A stretch of DNA of 64,000 nt from an uncultured Nitrospiraceae bacterium (GCA_964586075.1 CAZPGZ010000007.1:33597-97596), one strand, 5' to 3'. Positions 19,342-30,200 are shown, numbered from the stretch's first letter. The notes: generated by a model not told the origin, from the letters alone. Program-made: numbers and translations.

Positions 19342-19413
19342 CGTTTACGGTGTGAAAATATGAGTATGAATATTTCGAAACCTTAGGCCGGCAATTTTGG
19401 TTTCAGTGTCTTT

Positions 19414-19803
19414 TTACAGTAGATTTTCGAGAAGAAATCTGACCAGGAGATCGGTGTCGGACAGCTTGTCGAGAAGCTCTTTTTTCTCACCTAAAAATCC
19501 TGGTTCGACGATATACGCTGTATCCTTATAGATGATTGAGTCCATATAAATTTCAGCGTGGATGGCCCTGAGGTCCTTTTCCAGTCGGATTTGACCGACA
19601 AAGTTATTGGAATCGGCGCTGTCGTCCGCTGTCTTCAGAAAACGAAACGCCGGTTCCAATTCAAAGGTAGGATTGTCCTTGGATATAATGGTTATTTCAT
19701 TGCCGATCAGTTTTATTTTCCCCTCACTGATCAAAGCATCAAGAATATTTTGGGAAAAGAATAATTTATGCATATCAAAAAAACCTGAGGGCAGCATCTG
19801 CAT
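19414..19803 (-). CDS. Conserved hypothetical protein
   Basis: 129-aa ORF 3 nt downstream of lptG; ends SDTDLLVRFLLENLL. Confidence 0.75.
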   Translation of the reverse strand: MQMLPSGFFDMHKLFFSQNILDALISEGKIKLIGNEITIISKDNPTFELEPAFRFLKTADDSADSNNFVGQIRLEKDLRAIHAEIYMDSIIYKDTAYIVEPGFLGEKKELLDKLSDTDLLVRFLLENLL

Positions 19804-19806
19804 CTG

Positions 19807-20892
19807 CTAAACAGTTCTTTGCATTTTTATGAGAACAAAAGCTGAGGTTATTGCAAAAAATAGATTTGCAAGCCATGCAGCAAGAATCGGCGGCAAGTGT
19901 CCTGAATTGCCGAGCGATTGGCCAATGCCCATCAGCGTCAGGTACGCAAAGGCAATAAGAACGGCAAAAGCGATTCCTTTTGCCGTACCGCCGGATCTGA
20001 CCTTATGAAATGAGAATGGAATTGAAATCAGGATGACCAGTAGGCTTGCAAACGGAAACGCAAGCTTGCTGTGCAGCTCAACCTCGTATTTGGCAGCGTC
20101 GTATCCGCTTGATTTCAATCGTTTTACATAGTCCCACATTTCACCGAAGCTCATTTCTTCGGAATCTTTTACGATCATTCCCAGATCGTCAGGATTGTCC
20201 ACAATATTGAAAATTTCATTGTCGGAATTCCTGGTGCGGACAGTATCGTCTGTAATGGTGGTTGTACGGCTTTTTTTCAGTCGCCAAACTCCCTGATCCC
20301 AGAGAAGACTTTCCGCGGTTATCCGCTCATGAATGGAAAAGTCAGGGTTCAGCTTGTAAATGTTTAGACCGCGCATTTCCGTGCGGTTTGGAGATATCAG
20401 GTCGATGTTCGCGATGCTGTTGTTCGGACCTCTGAGCCAGAGTTTTGATTGCTGGAACATGACCTGTTGCTGCTTTTTTTCAATTTCAACGGAGCGTATA
20501 TACGTGGCCCGCGAGGTGCAAACTGGCATGATAAATTCGTTATTAATAAAACCAAAAATTGATACTAAGAGACCTCCGGCGAGGAGTGGGGATACAATTT
20601 TGAACAAACTCACTCCACCCGCCCGCATGGCAATGATTTCGCTGTGGCCCGAAAGATTGCCGAGGGAAAGAAGGGCTCCGATGAGTGTAGCCATGGGAAG
20701 CGACATGGAAATCATGACCGGCATGCTGTAAAGAAAATAGCGTGCTACCTGCAGAAGTGTCGCGTGGTGTTTGATAAGCCTGTCTGCCTTCTGGAGGAAT
20801 TCGACGCAAAGATATACTACAAGAATGCAAAGCAGCACACCCGCAACCAGTGAAATAAATTCCTTAAAAATATATTTGCTGATCAACGTCAT
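19807..20892 (-). CDS. lptG: LPS export ABC transporter permease LptG
   Basis: LISKYIFKE, LGNLSGHSEIIAMRAGGVS, periplasmic beta-jellyroll region, ELHSKLAFPFAS, AAWLANLFF. Confidence 0.9.
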   Translation of the reverse strand: MTLISKYIFKEFISLVAGVLLCILVVYLCVEFLQKADRLIKHHATLLQVARYFLYSMPVMISMSLPMATLIGALLSLGNLSGHSEIIAMRAGGVSLFKIVSPLLAGGLLVSIFGFINNEFIMPVCTSRATYIRSVEIEKKQQQVMFQQSKLWLRGPNNSIANIDLISPNRTEMRGLNIYKLNPDFSIHERITAESLLWDQGVWRLKKSRTTTITDDTVRTRNSDNEIFNIVDNPDDLGMIVKDSEEMSFGEMWDYVKRLKSSGYDAAKYEVELHSKLAFPFASLLVILISIPFSFHKVRSGGTAKGIAFAVLIAFAYLTLMGIGQSLGNSGHLPPILAAWLANLFFAITSAFVLIKMQRTV

Positions 20893-20935
20893 ACCGATAT
20901 CTACTCCTGAACATTATGCATTATGTCTTATCTGG

Positions 20936-22129
20936 TTATCCCAGCAGTGACCTGTTGGTTTTTACAATCCGTTTTCGTATATCAAAGTACCATATCGCCA
21001 AGGTGTTCATAATCATAAAATTGATATCTTGCCCTTTTTTAAGAACGAAGAGAGCAGCAACAAGCACCATAAGGACATTTGGTATTAAAAAGGCCAGATA
21101 GGGGCGGACAGTGTTTGTTTCTGCGAGGTTGGTCGCCGAACCGAGGATGATGTAATAAACGAGGAAAACCAGCAAAGCGATAGCGACGCCGGCGGATTTT
21201 CCGGAGCGGCTCTTCCGTATCCCCAGCGGAGCGCCGATCAATCCGAGAATGATGCAGGCGAAAGGAATTGTTACACGCTTGTACAATTCAGTTTCAGCCG
21301 GGTACGTTAGTTTGTTTTCTTTTTTCAGTCTGCCGATTTCATGGATAAGTTCCAGCGTTCCGAAATCGCGATAATTTCTTTGTGGGGCGCCTTTTTGTAA
21401 AAGTGCACTGCTGATATCGAGGTAGAGGTTGCCTTTGTCGAAATTCATGAATGTATAGGTTCGGTCGTCTTTCGGCTGCATGTGAATTGAGCCTTCTTGC
21501 ATGGCCAGCGTGACATTGAGCGATTGCGGATCTGCAATGAGTTTTCCGTGGCGAGCCACGACAGCAAAAGGCTCCTTGGAGGAGCGCTCATCAGAGATGA
21601 AAATCCCTTCAAGTCTGTCTTGTGATTGCATTTTGTCTACATAGATGACCACGCCGTCAAAGGTGTTGTTGAATACGCCGGGTTCTATGCCTACCATCGC
21701 CCGGGATTTGACCATGTTGAACAGGTGTGCCTTGAGGGCGGCGTCAGCGCCGGGCACCAGAGCAAGTGAGGTAATCATTGTCACGGTAAAGCAGATCAGT
21801 GCAAAAAAGAAAACGGGACGGATCATGCTGTACAGGCTGACGCAGGATGCTTTCATCGCTGTTATTTCCGAGTCAGAACTCAGCCGGGCAAACGCGGTGA
21901 GCGAGGCAATGACGAGTGACATCGGGATGGTAATGACCAAAAAACCGGGGATAACGTATGCAAATACCTGAAGAATGGACAGTAAAGATGCTCCTTTGGA
22001 GATAACGAGATCAGCTAGTCTGAAAATTTTATTGAGGAAAAGAACAAGCAGAAGCACCGTCATGCTGAGAAAGAACGGTGGCAGCATTTCCTTGAAAATA
22101 TAGCGGTCCAGTATTTTAATCGATGTCAT
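20936..22129 (-). CDS. lptF: LPS export ABC transporter permease LptF
   Basis: ILDRYIFKEMLPPF, RLSSDSEITAMKASCVS, IEPGVFN, RVTIPFAC..LGLIGAPLG. Confidence 0.9.
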   Translation of the reverse strand: MTSIKILDRYIFKEMLPPFFLSMTVLLLVLFLNKIFRLADLVISKGASLLSILQVFAYVIPGFLVITIPMSLVIASLTAFARLSSDSEITAMKASCVSLYSMIRPVFFFALICFTVTMITSLALVPGADAALKAHLFNMVKSRAMVGIEPGVFNNTFDGVVIYVDKMQSQDRLEGIFISDERSSKEPFAVVARHGKLIADPQSLNVTLAMQEGSIHMQPKDDRTYTFMNFDKGNLYLDISSALLQKGAPQRNYRDFGTLELIHEIGRLKKENKLTYPAETELYKRVTIPFACIILGLIGAPLGIRKSRSGKSAGVAIALLVFLVYYIILGSATNLAETNTVRPYLAFLIPNVLMVLVAALFVLKKGQDINFMIMNTLAIWYFDIRKRIVKTNRSLLG

Positions 22130-22131
22130 GG

Positions 22132-23952
22132 CTATTTTCTGATTTCCTCGAGTATGTTTATATCAAGTTTGTTCATGCCAAAATAGTCTTTCTCAAGCTC
22201 TTCTACGTAAAACCGATCAAGGCCGCTGTTTGTCAGAAAATCCTCACGCACGCGATTGTCACGGGAGACAATAATGTGGGGAAGCAAGTTGTTAAGATAG
22301 AACGATTCTTTTCGAATGTCGAGGATAATTTCTTCAAAAACGCTGTGTGGAATGGGCTGCTGGACGATGCCTTTTGCCTGGATTTCCCGATTCAGGTCCT
22401 GAATGAAAATTTCCTGGTCCTCTTTCGAATTCAACTCCGCGTAAATGCTTTTAAAGCGGTCTTTGATGTAGCGGTGGATAGTAGTATAAAGTCTGTCGTC
22501 TTCATTGATTTTGCTGAGCGATGAGGAAATGTCCCGATAGGTGGTATCGCCGGCTTTGATCTGCAAAAGTCCCTTGAATAAACCTTCAATTTTTTTGCGG
22601 CCATAGCGGGTGAGGTATCGGTTTTCCCGAAGGGGATCGATGAACAACTCCCGAAACAGATCCGCGTGAATCTCCTCGAATACGGTTTTATTGCCGGAAA
22701 GACTGCGGATGTTGTCGTCACTCAGGGTTGCGTTCTCCATAAAAGCAAGGTTGTTGATCGTGCTTGCGGTGCTGTCGTAACGGTCGAAGTAGGTGAGTAT
22801 GGAACTCATTGATTCGAGTACGGACATGTCATTGGAGTCTCGCGCGTGTTCATCGCAGGCGCGGACGGTGTCGAGAAGAAGTCCCTCGAAGGCCTGATCT
22901 CGATACGTTGTGGATTTTTGTTTGGCTTTTAACAGCTTAACCAGATCTTCCAGGGAAAGGTGTCCGCGTATTTTGTCATCCCTGAAGAACAATCCTTCCA
23001 GAATTGCACGCGTGTCCTTTACGTATTCAGGCTCTTCAACCTCTATGATTTGCATATCTTTCAGAAGGAGTTCGTCGAGCGTGTCGAACAGGTTATGCGG
23101 GATGTTGAGCCGCAGGCTCAAAGTCCGCAGGCGGGACAGCTTTGCCAGCTCGGAAGGATTCACCTCTCCTTTTTCTGATACGGCAATGAGTATGTCTTTG
23201 TATTCATCGACAATTTTTTTGTTTTCCGGAAGTTTATACATGCCGTCGATTTTAATGCGCTCTTGCTGGTAGGGGATGATTTTATATTTGTTCGCAAGGT
23301 CATCCAGAATGGTATAGGCTTCCGCAGAAAGTATTTTCTGCTCAGAATATAGTTTGTTAAAAGTATTAAAATATTCCTCGTTGTGTTTGTTCAGCAGGCG
23401 AAAGAGAAAAACAAGGGCCCGGGCATCGTCCAGTATGTCAAATATTTCCCGGCACAGTTTGGTATCGTCTGCTGCGCCGACCATTGTGCTTCGTTTGAGC
23501 TGTTTGCCGATGTTTTTGAGGATGTCTCGTTGAATTTCTTTTATCTCGGCTGTCCGGGAGGAATGCACGAAAAAAAAATAGTTTGAAACCGCATGGCCGG
23601 TGAGAAAAACGTGATCAAACGATTCCTGGCCCGCCGTATCGTTGGTAAAGGTAATGCTGTCGCTTTTGTCGTAGAAGGCGCCGTACATGACAAGCCGGTT
23701 GGAAACATCTTTCCGCAGGAGGTCCTTTAGCGGGAGGTCGACGCCGAACATGTACTCGCACAGGCTACCGCCTGTGCCTGTAAAACTGATGCCGCCTGGT
23801 GATATAATGAATTCGTTTCTGCCGGAGAAGAAACGGTCTCCGTCTGCAAGTGATTCATAGCAGTATCTGCTGCTTAAATCTGCGCCCGTGATGGTGACGA
23901 AATAATCAAGATTTTCAGCCGCATTTCCATGCAGTTTGATTTCATGAATCAT
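22132..23952 (-). CDS. Uncharacterised 606-aa soluble protein (resembles TIGR04442 family, from memory)
   Basis: Long clean ORF with N-terminal MIHEIKLHG and FSGRNEF...GTGGSLCEYMFGVDLPLKDL...NRLVMYGA; 2 nt from lptF start. Confidence 0.75.
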   Translation of the reverse strand: MIHEIKLHGNAAENLDYFVTITGADLSSRYCYESLADGDRFFSGRNEFIISPGGISFTGTGGSLCEYMFGVDLPLKDLLRKDVSNRLVMYGAFYDKSDSITFTNDTAGQESFDHVFLTGHAVSNYFFFVHSSRTAEIKEIQRDILKNIGKQLKRSTMVGAADDTKLCREIFDILDDARALVFLFRLLNKHNEEYFNTFNKLYSEQKILSAEAYTILDDLANKYKIIPYQQERIKIDGMYKLPENKKIVDEYKDILIAVSEKGEVNPSELAKLSRLRTLSLRLNIPHNLFDTLDELLLKDMQIIEVEEPEYVKDTRAILEGLFFRDDKIRGHLSLEDLVKLLKAKQKSTTYRDQAFEGLLLDTVRACDEHARDSNDMSVLESMSSILTYFDRYDSTASTINNLAFMENATLSDDNIRSLSGNKTVFEEIHADLFRELFIDPLRENRYLTRYGRKKIEGLFKGLLQIKAGDTTYRDISSSLSKINEDDRLYTTIHRYIKDRFKSIYAELNSKEDQEIFIQDLNREIQAKGIVQQPIPHSVFEEIILDIRKESFYLNNLLPHIIVSRDNRVREDFLTNSGLDRFYVEELEKDYFGMNKLDINILEEIRK

Positions 23953-23960
23953 AACAAAAT

Positions 23961-23988
23961 ATTATAGCAGACCACCTTCTTTTTTCAA
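23961..23988 (-). promoter_or_regulatory. Putative promoter of hypothetical-lptF-lptG operon
   Basis: TTGAAA (23988-23983), 16 nt, TGC-TATAAT (23966-23961), 8 nt before the ATG at 23952. Confidence 0.55.
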
Positions 23989-24155
23989 AATAAAAAATTT
24001 TTATAACACGGCAATAACATGCGATCTTTTTTAAGCATACTGAGAACAACGTGTGAATACATTTTCTTTCGAAGTATCGTACTTTGGTTCTGGAACCGAT
24101 GAATACGGACAACCTGCTTCGGGTCGTTCAAGCAACGGGAAGAACCATAATGTTC

Positions 24156-24184
24156 TTGATAGCAGGAGACAGAAATCGTATACT
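24156..24184 (+). promoter_or_regulatory. Putative sigma70 promoter of tlpA-like gene
   Basis: TTGATA (24156-24161), 17 nt, TATACT (24179-24184). Confidence 0.55.
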
Positions 24185-24230
24185 ATAGCAGCGGAAAGGT
24201 ATCTGAAGGTAAGGGCGAAAATAAGCCGCT

Positions 24231-24782
24231 GTGATGCGAAAATCGATAAGTTATAAGAAAAATTTTTTTTTGTATGTACTGCTTCTTGGCGCTGCGCTTT
24301 TTATTGTCTGTATGATTGTGCTGGACAAACAAAGCGTCAAAAAAGTAATTGTGGCCGGAGATCAGGCTCCCGAATTTCAGGGAACATTATTGGACGGTCG
24401 CAAGGTCGGATTGCTGGACTTGCGGGGGAGGGTGGTGATGATCCACTTTTGGGCTACCTGGTGTCCCCCGTGTAGAGAAGAGATGCCTGCTCTTGACAGG
24501 CTGTACCGTGACTTCAAAAACAAGGATTTTGAACTGATTGCCGTAAGCGTAGACGAAGATGTATCTGATGTCGTATCTGCTTTCCTGAAAAACAATAAAA
24601 TAACAATGCCTATCCTGTTGGATGCTCGAAAGAAAATTTCCGGACTCTACGGCACCTATAAACTTCCGGAAACATATATTGTTGACCGCAGAGGCATTGT
24701 TCGCTACAAGGTCATCGGTCCTCGAAATTGGGGTAAAAACGAAAATATCAGAATAATTCAGTCTGCTCTCGATGGACAGTGA
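24231..24782 (+). CDS. TlpA/ResA-family thiol-disulfide oxidoreductase
   Basis: N-terminal membrane anchor, HFWATWCPPCREEMP, YGTYKLPETYIVDR.G. Confidence 0.92.
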   Translation: MMRKSISYKKNFFLYVLLLGAALFIVCMIVLDKQSVKKVIVAGDQAPEFQGTLLDGRKVGLLDLRGRVVMIHFWATWCPPCREEMPALDRLYRDFKNKDFELIAVSVDEDVSDVVSAFLKNNKITMPILLDARKKISGLYGTYKLPETYIVDRRGIVRYKVIGPRNWGKNENIRIIQSALDGQ

Positions 24783-24863
24783 ACCGGATGGCGTCTCTCT
24801 ACTTATTTTTTTTGAAGGAGCGAAATTTCTTACCGGATTGTGTGAGAATAAAACAAACACACC

Positions 24864-26009
24864 ATGAAAAAGTTTTTGTTTTTTGGACTGGGAATCATGC
24901 TTCTTGCCGTATTGGCTGTTTTCTTCTGGGTTATGCACGTGCTTTCCGACCTGCCCGATGTTTCTTCTTTAAAGCGATATCGTCCACCTGCCGCCGCAGA
25001 AGTGCTAGATAAAGACGGCAATCTTCTGACCCATTACTATGATGGAAAGTTCCGATTGTGGGTGCCGATTTCAAATGTACCCAGCATCCTTATTCAAGCG
25101 GTGGTTACTGCCGAGGATGATACTTTTTTCGCACACAAGGGTGTGAACTATAAAGCAACATGGGACGCACTGGTCCATGATGTCGAAAAGCGGCGGTTTG
25201 CACGCGGCGGAAGCACCATTACTCAGCAGATGATAAAAAACGTTCTCCTGAGCAAAGAAAAAACAATCAGCCGCAAAATCAGGGAGTATGTTCTGGCAAC
25301 AAAAGCGGAGAAAGTGCTGACGAAACGCCAGATACTCGAAATTTATTTAAACGAGGTGGAATGGGGAGAAAATATCTACGGCGTTGAGGCCGCAAGCCGT
25401 TTCTATTTTGATAAACACGTCGGTGAAATTACGTCTGCAGAGGCGGCCCTTCTAGCAGGCATGCTTCCGAATCCCCGGTATTTCAACCCTTACAAGAGGC
25501 CGGAAAAATCCAGGGACAGGCAGGAACGCGTGCTGTTCAATATGCAGCAGGCAAAAATACTTACCCAGGAACAGTATAAGACAGCGTTGGCCGAATCGCT
25601 CACGCTGAGGCGTGAAAGCGCTGGCAGATTTTCTATTCCCGCTCTGGGATATGGAGGCGGCCGGCCCTGCTATGAACGTGCGCTGGAACAGGCGCTTCTA
25701 ACGGTCTTTGGCGACCACGTTGTGTATAGAAGCGGCAAAACAGTGAGAACAACGCTGGATAAGTCTCTACAGGCTGAATTAAACAGGGAAAAGGACAGCA
25801 AAGGGAACGGCATGCCGGAAGAAGCACTGGTGGTGCGCCAGAATGGACTCATACGTGCCTTTGTTTGCGGACTGGAAAAAGAGCAGGAAGTACGGGATGC
25901 CGCTACTTCCCATTGGTTCACGTTCCCTGGGTATGAAGTGGGACGAATTGATCTATCCTCTGTAGAACGGGACGAAATTGTGCCTTCTGGTCAGGAAAAG
26001 TCGAAATAG
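24864..26009 (+). CDS. Peptidoglycan glycosyltransferase (GT51) lacking a transpeptidase domain
   Basis: EDDTFFAHKG, GGSTITQQMIKN, RKIRE, ILEIYLN.VEWG, GVEAASRFYF, AALLAGMLPNP. Confidence 0.88.
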   Translation: MKKFLFFGLGIMLLAVLAVFFWVMHVLSDLPDVSSLKRYRPPAAAEVLDKDGNLLTHYYDGKFRLWVPISNVPSILIQAVVTAEDDTFFAHKGVNYKATWDALVHDVEKRRFARGGSTITQQMIKNVLLSKEKTISRKIREYVLATKAEKVLTKRQILEIYLNEVEWGENIYGVEAASRFYFDKHVGEITSAEAALLAGMLPNPRYFNPYKRPEKSRDRQERVLFNMQQAKILTQEQYKTALAESLTLRRESAGRFSIPALGYGGGRPCYERALEQALLTVFGDHVVYRSGKTVRTTLDKSLQAELNREKDSKGNGMPEEALVVRQNGLIRAFVCGLEKEQEVRDAATSHWFTFPGYEVGRIDLSSVERDEIVPSGQEKSK

Positions 26010-26054
26010 CAATACCCCCAACTTGCTGCTTCCTTTTTTTCACGTTGAGCAAGG

Positions 26055-27053
26055 CTAGAACTCGATATTCGGCCTGATAATGAATTGGAAGTTGTCCCTG
26101 CCTGTTGCAAGCGATCCTGTATATTTTTTTGAGGAATCCCAGACAAAACCGACAGCCAGCGCAAGAGCGATCCGCCAGCTTTCAAACGGCCATTTTTTGT
26201 CCACTGTAAGATAATGCTGGATAGCGCTGAAGGTACGGCGGTCCATAGAGTACGTATATTCAATCCCGCTGTTGTTCAGCAGAAATGATCCCTCAGACTT
26301 ATAATCAACTCTGCTTCTCCGGAATGAAAGATACAGCACATCAGTAATGTTCGGGTTGCCATGTTCCTTAGCTCCGATGCGAAAGCTCCAATTCAATTTT
26401 TTGACCGGTGATTTTCGGTCTCCTTTTATTTTCCACTCAATTTCCCACCAGTCGTCCTGAATCAGACGGTTATCTTTTATATGGAAGTTGCCGTAACTGA
26501 TAAGGTATCCGCTGTAGCCGAGTCCCTTGGTGTCCTGAAGCCCGGGAACGGCAAAGTTAGCAACATTTCCGAAAAGAACTGAAAAGGCATACGGCTCCTC
26601 AAATCCGGCGGTAATGGTTTTGATCCAGTTAAAATTATCGGACACTTGAGCGTCCTGGTAAAATCGTTTCCAGTGGGATCTGACATATGTTCCGAAATAC
26701 GGCAGCGGATTGACGCTTGCCTCCAGTACAATGAATTGCGGAAGAACAGCCGCCCGGGAGAGCAGTGCTCCATAAATTTCTGCTTCAGTCTTTTCTCCGA
26801 GGTCAGGAATAGGTTTCTGGGTAAGAGCGATTATAAAGTCAAGGTCGGTGTAATAAGCATCCGGTTCAAAGACGAGTTGAAATCGCTTAAACTCTGTTTG
26901 GGGAGGATCTGTTACCGGTTTGCTTTCTCCTGTGCCCGGCTGATCGCCAAAAGCAGGCACTGATATTGCGAACAGCGCAATGGTAAAAGAAAGAGCAGCG
27001 AACCATGCAGATCGTGATCGGCGCTTTCTGGCAAGAGCGATGCGTGCGGGCAT
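26055..27053 (-). CDS. Secreted hypothetical protein, probable outer-membrane beta-barrel
   Basis: Signal peptide ending PAFG, aromatic-rich alternating segments, C-terminal FQFIIRPNIEF with terminal Phe. Confidence 0.65.
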   Translation of the reverse strand: MPARIALARKRRSRSAWFAALSFTIALFAISVPAFGDQPGTGESKPVTDPPQTEFKRFQLVFEPDAYYTDLDFIIALTQKPIPDLGEKTEAEIYGALLSRAAVLPQFIVLEASVNPLPYFGTYVRSHWKRFYQDAQVSDNFNWIKTITAGFEEPYAFSVLFGNVANFAVPGLQDTKGLGYSGYLISYGNFHIKDNRLIQDDWWEIEWKIKGDRKSPVKKLNWSFRIGAKEHGNPNITDVLYLSFRRSRVDYKSEGSFLLNNSGIEYTYSMDRRTFSAIQHYLTVDKKWPFESWRIALALAVGFVWDSSKKYTGSLATGRDNFQFIIRPNIEF

Positions 27054-27207
27054 GGACGGAGCATAGCACAGAGAAAAAAAGAAGTGAAGTCCTAAATAAC
27101 TAAATCAGCAGCAACAGAAATTACACGGCAATAATCAGCACATTCGGGAAAACAGGAGAACCGTTGAAAGAAAACTATGTTAAACGGGTCTGCTGCACAA
27201 CTCGTTG

Positions 27208-30200
27208 TTATACCAGCGCTTCTTCGCGTAGTTTGACGGAAACCACCCGCGAGCATCCCGGTTCCTCCATCGTAATGCCGTAGAGCGCATCGGCCATTTC
27301 CATGGTGCGTTTATTATGCGTGATGGTAATGAACTGCGAGCGGTTGCTCATTTCACGAATAAGCCGGGTAAAGCGCGTCACATTGGCTTCGTCAAGCGGT
27401 GCATCCACTTCATCAAGCATGCAGAAGGGGCTTGGTTTGACCAGGAAGGCTGCGAAGAGCAGGGCAATCGCCGTGAGGGCGCGTTCGCCGCCGGACAGGA
27501 GAGATATGGCCTGAAATTTCTTCCCTCGCGGCTGCGCGATAATTTCAATGCCGGACTCAAGAACATCAGTTTCATCGAGCAGGACGAGTTCCGCCTTGCC
27601 TCCTTCAAAGAGGAGCGAAAAAACCTCCTTGAACTTTTCCTGGATGGCATTAAATGCCTCGACGAAAAGCTCCTTGGTTTCTCCGTCAAGTTTTGCGATA
27701 GTTGCTTTAAGGTTGTTGATGGATTCGTTGATGTCGTTCTGCTGCGCCGAAAGAAGGTCATACCGCTCTTTCAGCTCATTATACTCCTGCAGAGCGTCCA
27801 CATTGATCGGTCCCATTTGATCAATCTTATCGCGCAGCTCGGTGAGTCGCAACGCAGATTCTTCCATGTTGATTTCAAACTGGCCAAGCTCCTGGACAAT
27901 GGATTCGAGCTCAACGTGATAGGATGTCCATATCCTGTCCTTCAGATGCTCAATCTTCATGCGGAGTTCAGTGCGCCTGACCTCGCACGCCGTGAGCTGC
28001 TTCTGGGCGATCTCGATATCATTTCTGCTGTGACGCGCCTGTTCTTCCGCTGTCTGGAGCGCCTGCGTCTTTACAGTGTGAGCCTCTTGTTTGGCATTGT
28101 AGACATCGCGTTGTGCTTCAAGCGTTGTGATATGCTCCTTGATAGCAACCTCTGCTTCGCTGATGGAAGATTCATGTTCAAGGATTTTTGATGCAATGCC
28201 TTCAATCTCGGCTTCACGCCTGGCAAGGCGCTCGGTCATGTCTGATTCGGTGCTTACGAGCGAGGAAAGATTGCGGGCAACGGCAGCGCATTTTTCCTGC
28301 AGCGCAGCGAGTCCCATTCTGATGTCGGTTATTTCGGCGCGTGCGGCTTCGAGATAATCTTTCTGCTGGGCTATTTCCACCTGGACCGCTTCAATGCTGG
28401 CCTGAGCGTTCGAGTGTCCAGTCTCGAGATTTTTAAGCAATTCACTTGCCTGTTCAACGCCGGCGTTTAAATCACGACGCAGCAGGTCGCGCTCCGCAGA
28501 CGCGGTTTCGAGGGCAGCGGCGTGATCGTTTGTTCTGGTGATCTCATCGCTGATGGCAGAGCAGTCTTTATTTTTGTTCACCCCGTCTATTTCCAGGCTG
28601 TGAATCAACTGAGAAAGGTCTGTTTCCTGAATTTGGTCGGCTTCAATGGCATCTTCAACGGATTTTAATTCCGATTCGAGACCAGCGGTTACGGTTTTGA
28701 GCTCCGCGACTTCGTGCTCCAGGTCTTTTATCTCGCGCCGTTTGGTCAGCATGCCGGTGCCGCCTGCTTCTACGGTGCCGCCTGTTACAGCGCCCCAGGG
28801 GTCGACTATTTCTCCCGCTAGGGTCACGATGGTTTTGTGGATGCCGTTTTTGTTCCAAAGGGCAAGGGCAGTGTCCATGGTGTCCACGACCACGACGTCG
28901 CCCAGGAGGTATTCTGCAACATGGCTGTAATTATCGTTATACCGCACGATATTCAGGGCAGTTCCGATGACGCCGGCATTGCCATTTTTTACGTACGGTT
29001 CGGTTTTTATTTCCCGCGGTGTTTTCGGCACGAAGGTGCTTCTTCCCCCGCCCTGCGCCTTAAGATAGCTGATTGCCTTGAGCGAATCATTTTGTGAATC
29101 CACTACGACGTACTGAAGTCGGTCGCCGAGCACAGCTTCTATGGCGAGTTCGTACTGGGGATCGGTTTCGATCATGTCGGCAACCAGACCGTGAATCCGC
29201 CCGAAACGGTTTTCCGCAGACGCTTCTTTCTGTGCCGACATGACAGTGCGAACACCTTTTTGATAGCCTTCAAGTTTTTGTTCCAACTCGAGCAATGACC
29301 GGAGGCGCGAACTCTGGCCCGCAAGCGCATTGCGTGCCGCCCCAAGGTCGGATTCAATGGTCTTTTTTCTTCCCATCGCGTCTTCAAGACGGGCGCGCAG
29401 TGCTGAGCGCTCTTCCTGTGCTGCGTTCCGGCGGCTTGCGACGGTTGCGAGTTCCTGCTCTTTTGCAGCGAGGAGCGCAGACAGCTCCGATAGTTTTGCT
29501 GCAATCTCCTGCTTTTCCCTGATGTCCCGCTCGTCTTGCTCGCTAAGCTGGGTCAGGCGGGATTGGAGATTGGCGATTTTTGCTTTTTCCGCCGCTGATT
29601 CATTCAGGGCGTTGAGGATGCCCGCCCTTGTTTCTTCGAGAAGAAACTCTTTTTCTTTGAGTGCCTGTGTCAGGATTTCAAGAGAGGCTGTTTTTTCATT
29701 CAGCAAAGAGCTCTTTTCCTGAATTACCGCTTCCAACTCGCGGGTTTCATCCCCGTGCTGCGTTTTTTGCTCGGTTATGCGGGACAGTTCCTGCCGCAGG
29801 TACGTTATGTCGGCAAGGTCCCGGTTGCGCTGTTCGTTCAGAGAGGCAATCTGGCTCTTCGATATTTCAACGCGGTGTTCGGACCGATTTAGTGCCGACT
29901 CGGTTTCGTGAATTTTATGCTGGAGGGCCGTGAGCTCGTGTTCGGCGGAAAGGGCGTCCGCACGGGATTCTTCCATTGCTGCTTCAATTTTGCTGAGAGC
30001 TGTATGCAGTTCTGTAACTTCATCCTCGAGTTTTTTGAATTCCCGGCTCACTGCGACCCAGTCCTGTCCCAGGTTGGAATACTCGACGGCTGCGAGCCGG
30101 TGATCCAGGTCTTTCATTTCCGCCCGAAATTTCTGATAGCGCTCGGCTTTTTTGGCCTGACGGTCGAGTGAATTGACCTGCCGTTTCACCTCGGTAATAA

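Noticed and set aside
27316-28191. 291-aa antisense ORF over smc
   Set aside because: Shadow ORF of coiled-coil codons with no independent features.
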